DNA of 63,230 nucleotides, filler included, from Chiloscyllium plagiosum (taxonomy: Eukaryota): the NCBI RefSeq assembly GCF_004010195.1. It is 5 parts of one record of this genome, joined end to end, with 100 filler letters (N's around TTAATTAATTAA, not from the genome) between each part and the next. Parts side by side here need not be neighbours in the genome. Positions count along the whole stretch, not along the records: positions 60,666 to 63,230 come from NC_057711.1; 4 more parts are not named here. One strand, 5' to 3'. The position numbers and the translations under genes are program-made. Of the stretch, positions 60,900 to 63,230 are shown piece by piece. Numbering within the stretch: the first letter of the stretch is position 1; each line of letters opens with the position of its first letter. The notes beneath the pieces are model-generated. The model saw only the letters and a list, made by a program, of their open reading frames with translations, was not told where the DNA came from and made no database searches.

Positions 60900-61828
60900 T
60901 TGTGTCACTGGCTCCCACACTAATTTTTTTTACCTTGACTTACTATACAGTTTGAGTGTGGCTCAGCCCAACCTTGAGGAACAGCTCGAGTCTGACCAGA
61001 AGACACTTGAAAGCCTTTTTCTCTTGCCTCCACAATGTTCCAAAATATCTTTGAACTATGTTTCTCTGTACAGAGATACCATCTAAACATGACTTACAAA
61101 CAAAGGAAACTGATGGGCGTTGCAAACATCCTGTTGACGGCAGCCCTCCTGATGAAGAAAATAAAGGATGCCACAATAGAGTGTGAAATCTTCGAGAGTC
61201 AAGGTGAAACAACAGCAAATCATGCTCTGCAAATTGTCAACCGAGCAGAAACAGTGAATATAACAGACAAGTCTCACTCAAATCTAGCAAACTAGCCAAC
61301 AAGAGGCAATTCTTCAAGTATTGGAAAATTAACGATGAAAGGATGGCTCCCCCAAAGCACCCAAGACATTTCTCTCTTATAAGGGCTCATTGGGCAGATT
61401 GAGATGAATTGACAACCCAACAGAGCATATTGTACTAAGGAAATAGACATTTTCTGAAAGGAGTTATGAGGAGAGGCAAAAGCCCATCCATGCAAGCCAC
61501 CAAAGAATTGAGTCGAACCGGAGGAGAGTTTAAAGAATGTAAAGAAACATATCTTCTGACAACATGGACAGTAGTCCAGTACAAAGATTAATGTAACACC
61601 GCACATGCACTATACTTCCAATAGCATAGAATTCTACTGAAGCCAGAGGAGTAAGTGACAAAATCAAGGTGAAACAGCAGAGAGCCATATTTCATATTGG
61701 CAAAAATGTTAAATCATTTCCAGAGCTGAGCGTTGGAGAGCCAGACAGGGTACAGACCGTCAACAGTCTCAACAAAAATCAGCCCAAGTGACAACATGGG
61801 ACCTGTGTAAACCTGTCATCACCTTGAT
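60900..61828 (+). mobile_element. Degenerate Gypsy-type LTR-retrotransposon pol (RNase H end, integrase zinc-binding region, C-terminus)
   Basis: ESDQKTLESLF resembles ESDHKPLE. YHLNMTYKQRKLMGVANIL resembles YD..V.YKPGK.M.VAD.LSR. IHASHQ.IES resembles H..HQG. The C-terminal part reads PELSVGEPDRVQ...HGTCV. Many stops are present. Confidence 0.65.
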
Positions 61829-62649
61829 NNNNNNNNNNNNNNNNNNNNNNNNNNNNNNNNNNNNNNNNNNNNNNNNNNNNNNNNNNNNNNNNNNNNNNNN
61901 NNNNNNNNNNNNNNNNNNNNNNNNNNNNNNNNNNNNNNNNNNNNNNNNNNNNNNNNNNNNNNNNNNNNNNNNNNNNNNNNNNNNNNNNNNNNNNNNNNNN
62001 NNNNNNNNNNNNNNNNNNNNNNNNNNNNNNNNNNNNNNNNNNNNNNNNNNNNNNNNNNNNNNNNNNNNNNNNNNNNNNNNNNNNNNNNNNNNNNNNNNNN
62101 NNNNNNNNNNNNNNNNNNNNNNNNNNNNNNNNNNNNNNNNNNNNNNNNNNNNNNNNNNNNNNNNNNNNNNNNNNNNNNNNNNNNNNNNNNNNNNNNNNNN
62201 NNNNNNNNNNNNNNNNNNNNNNNNNNNNNNNNNNNNNNNNNNNNNNNNNNNNNNNNNNNNNNNNNNNNNNNNNNNNNNNNNNNNNNNNNNNNNNNNNNNN
62301 NNNNNNNNNNNNNNNNNNNNNNNNNNNNCTACCCTTGGTCACCAGTAAAATGAAGGAAAGTATCATCAACAGGCCTATCAGGTAACACTTGCTTAACAAT
62401 AACCTGATCACTGATGCTTAATTGGCTTCTAACAGTGCCATTCATCTCCTAACCTCATGACAGACTTGGTTCAAACATTGAACAAGGAGTTGATTTCCAG
62501 AGAGAAGGGAAGTGCGACTGCCCTAACATCAGGCCACATTCAACTGCATGTGACATCAAGGAGCCCTAGTAAAACTAGAATCAATGGGTATCAGGGGAAA
62601 ACTCTCCAATGACAGTCCCTCCTTACCCAGGATCAGCCGGGTGAACCTT

Positions 62650-62790
62650 CTCTCCTGATGAAGCGTCCTGCCTGAAACATCGACTCGCTTGCTCCTCAGA
62701 TGCTGCCTGACCTGCTGTTTCTTTTCCAGCACCAAACTTTATCGACTCTGCCTCTCCAGTATCTGCAGGTCCTCACTATCTCCTACCTTC
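62650..62790 (+). mobile_element. Penelope pLTR fragment with a degenerate hammerhead motif
   Basis: Reads CTGATGA-A-gcgtcctgcct-GAAAC-ATC-gactcg...gatgctgcctgacctgctg. Confidence 0.7.
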
Positions 62791-62892
62791 TCTCAACTGC
62801 TTCCAATGCCACGACATTTTTCAGGCCCAAAACAACTCAATGTATTCCAGCTTTGGTATGAAATAGTTTTGGCCAGACCTCCCTCCTTTTAA

Positions 62893-63230
62893 AAGGTAAA
62901 AACAATGACTGCAGAGGCTGGAAACCAGGTTCTGGATCAGTGGTGCTGGAAGAGCACAGCAGTTCAGGCAGCATCCGAGGAGCTTCGAAATTGACGTTTC
63001 AGGCAAAAGCCCTTCATCAGGAATAAAGGCAGTGAGCCTGAAGCATGGAGAGATCAGCTAGAGGAGGGTGGGGGTGGGGAGAAAGTAGCATAGAGTAAAA
63101 TAGGTGAGTGGGGGAGGAGATGAAGGTGATAGGTCAGGGAAGAGAGGGTGGAGTGGATAGGTGGAAAAGGAGCTAGGCAGGTCGGACAAGTCCGGACAAG
63201 TCATGGGGACAGTGCTGAGCTGGAAGTTTG
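62893..63230 (-). mobile_element. Penelope-like element 3' end/pLTR (continues beyond the window) with an intact hammerhead core
   Basis: The minus strand reads attc-CTGATGA-A-GGGC TTTT GCCT-GAAAC-GTC-aatt at 62989-63024, preceded by a CT-rich 3' region. Confidence 0.8.

Noticed and set aside
61149..61165. CTGATGAAGAAA as another hammerhead
   Set aside because: There is no helix II between the boxes. It is a chance match inside the Gypsy relic.

Overview
Eukaryotic, repeat-dense genomic DNA, very likely from a cartilaginous fish: it carries HE1-type V-SINEs and CR1, Rex1/Babar and Penelope-like retroelements. Six assembly gaps are present, four of them with an artificial TTAATTAATTAA linker. 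Two host genes are recognisable, both on the + strand and arranged head-to-tail, and both are SLC22A4/SLC22A5 (OCTN-type organic cation/carnitine transporter) paralogues. The window holds the last two coding exons of one (1679-1814, 4452-4551, ending in the PDZ-type motif ESDF*) and the first coding exon of the next (32033-32398), after which no exon 2 is recognisable for more than 30 kb. The rest is mostly nested transposon debris. The most striking signal is a set of about 10 minimal hammerhead-ribozyme-like motifs (CTGANGA-N-helix II-GAAA-palindrome-NUH) from four unrelated Penelope-like families, several arranged as foldback cassettes. Also present are a SINE-derived 53-bp minisatellite inside a cluster of tandem duplications, two local inverted duplications, a Harbinger Myb/SANT remnant and Gypsy remnants. 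Repeat boundaries are approximate, and family names come from recognition, not database searches.
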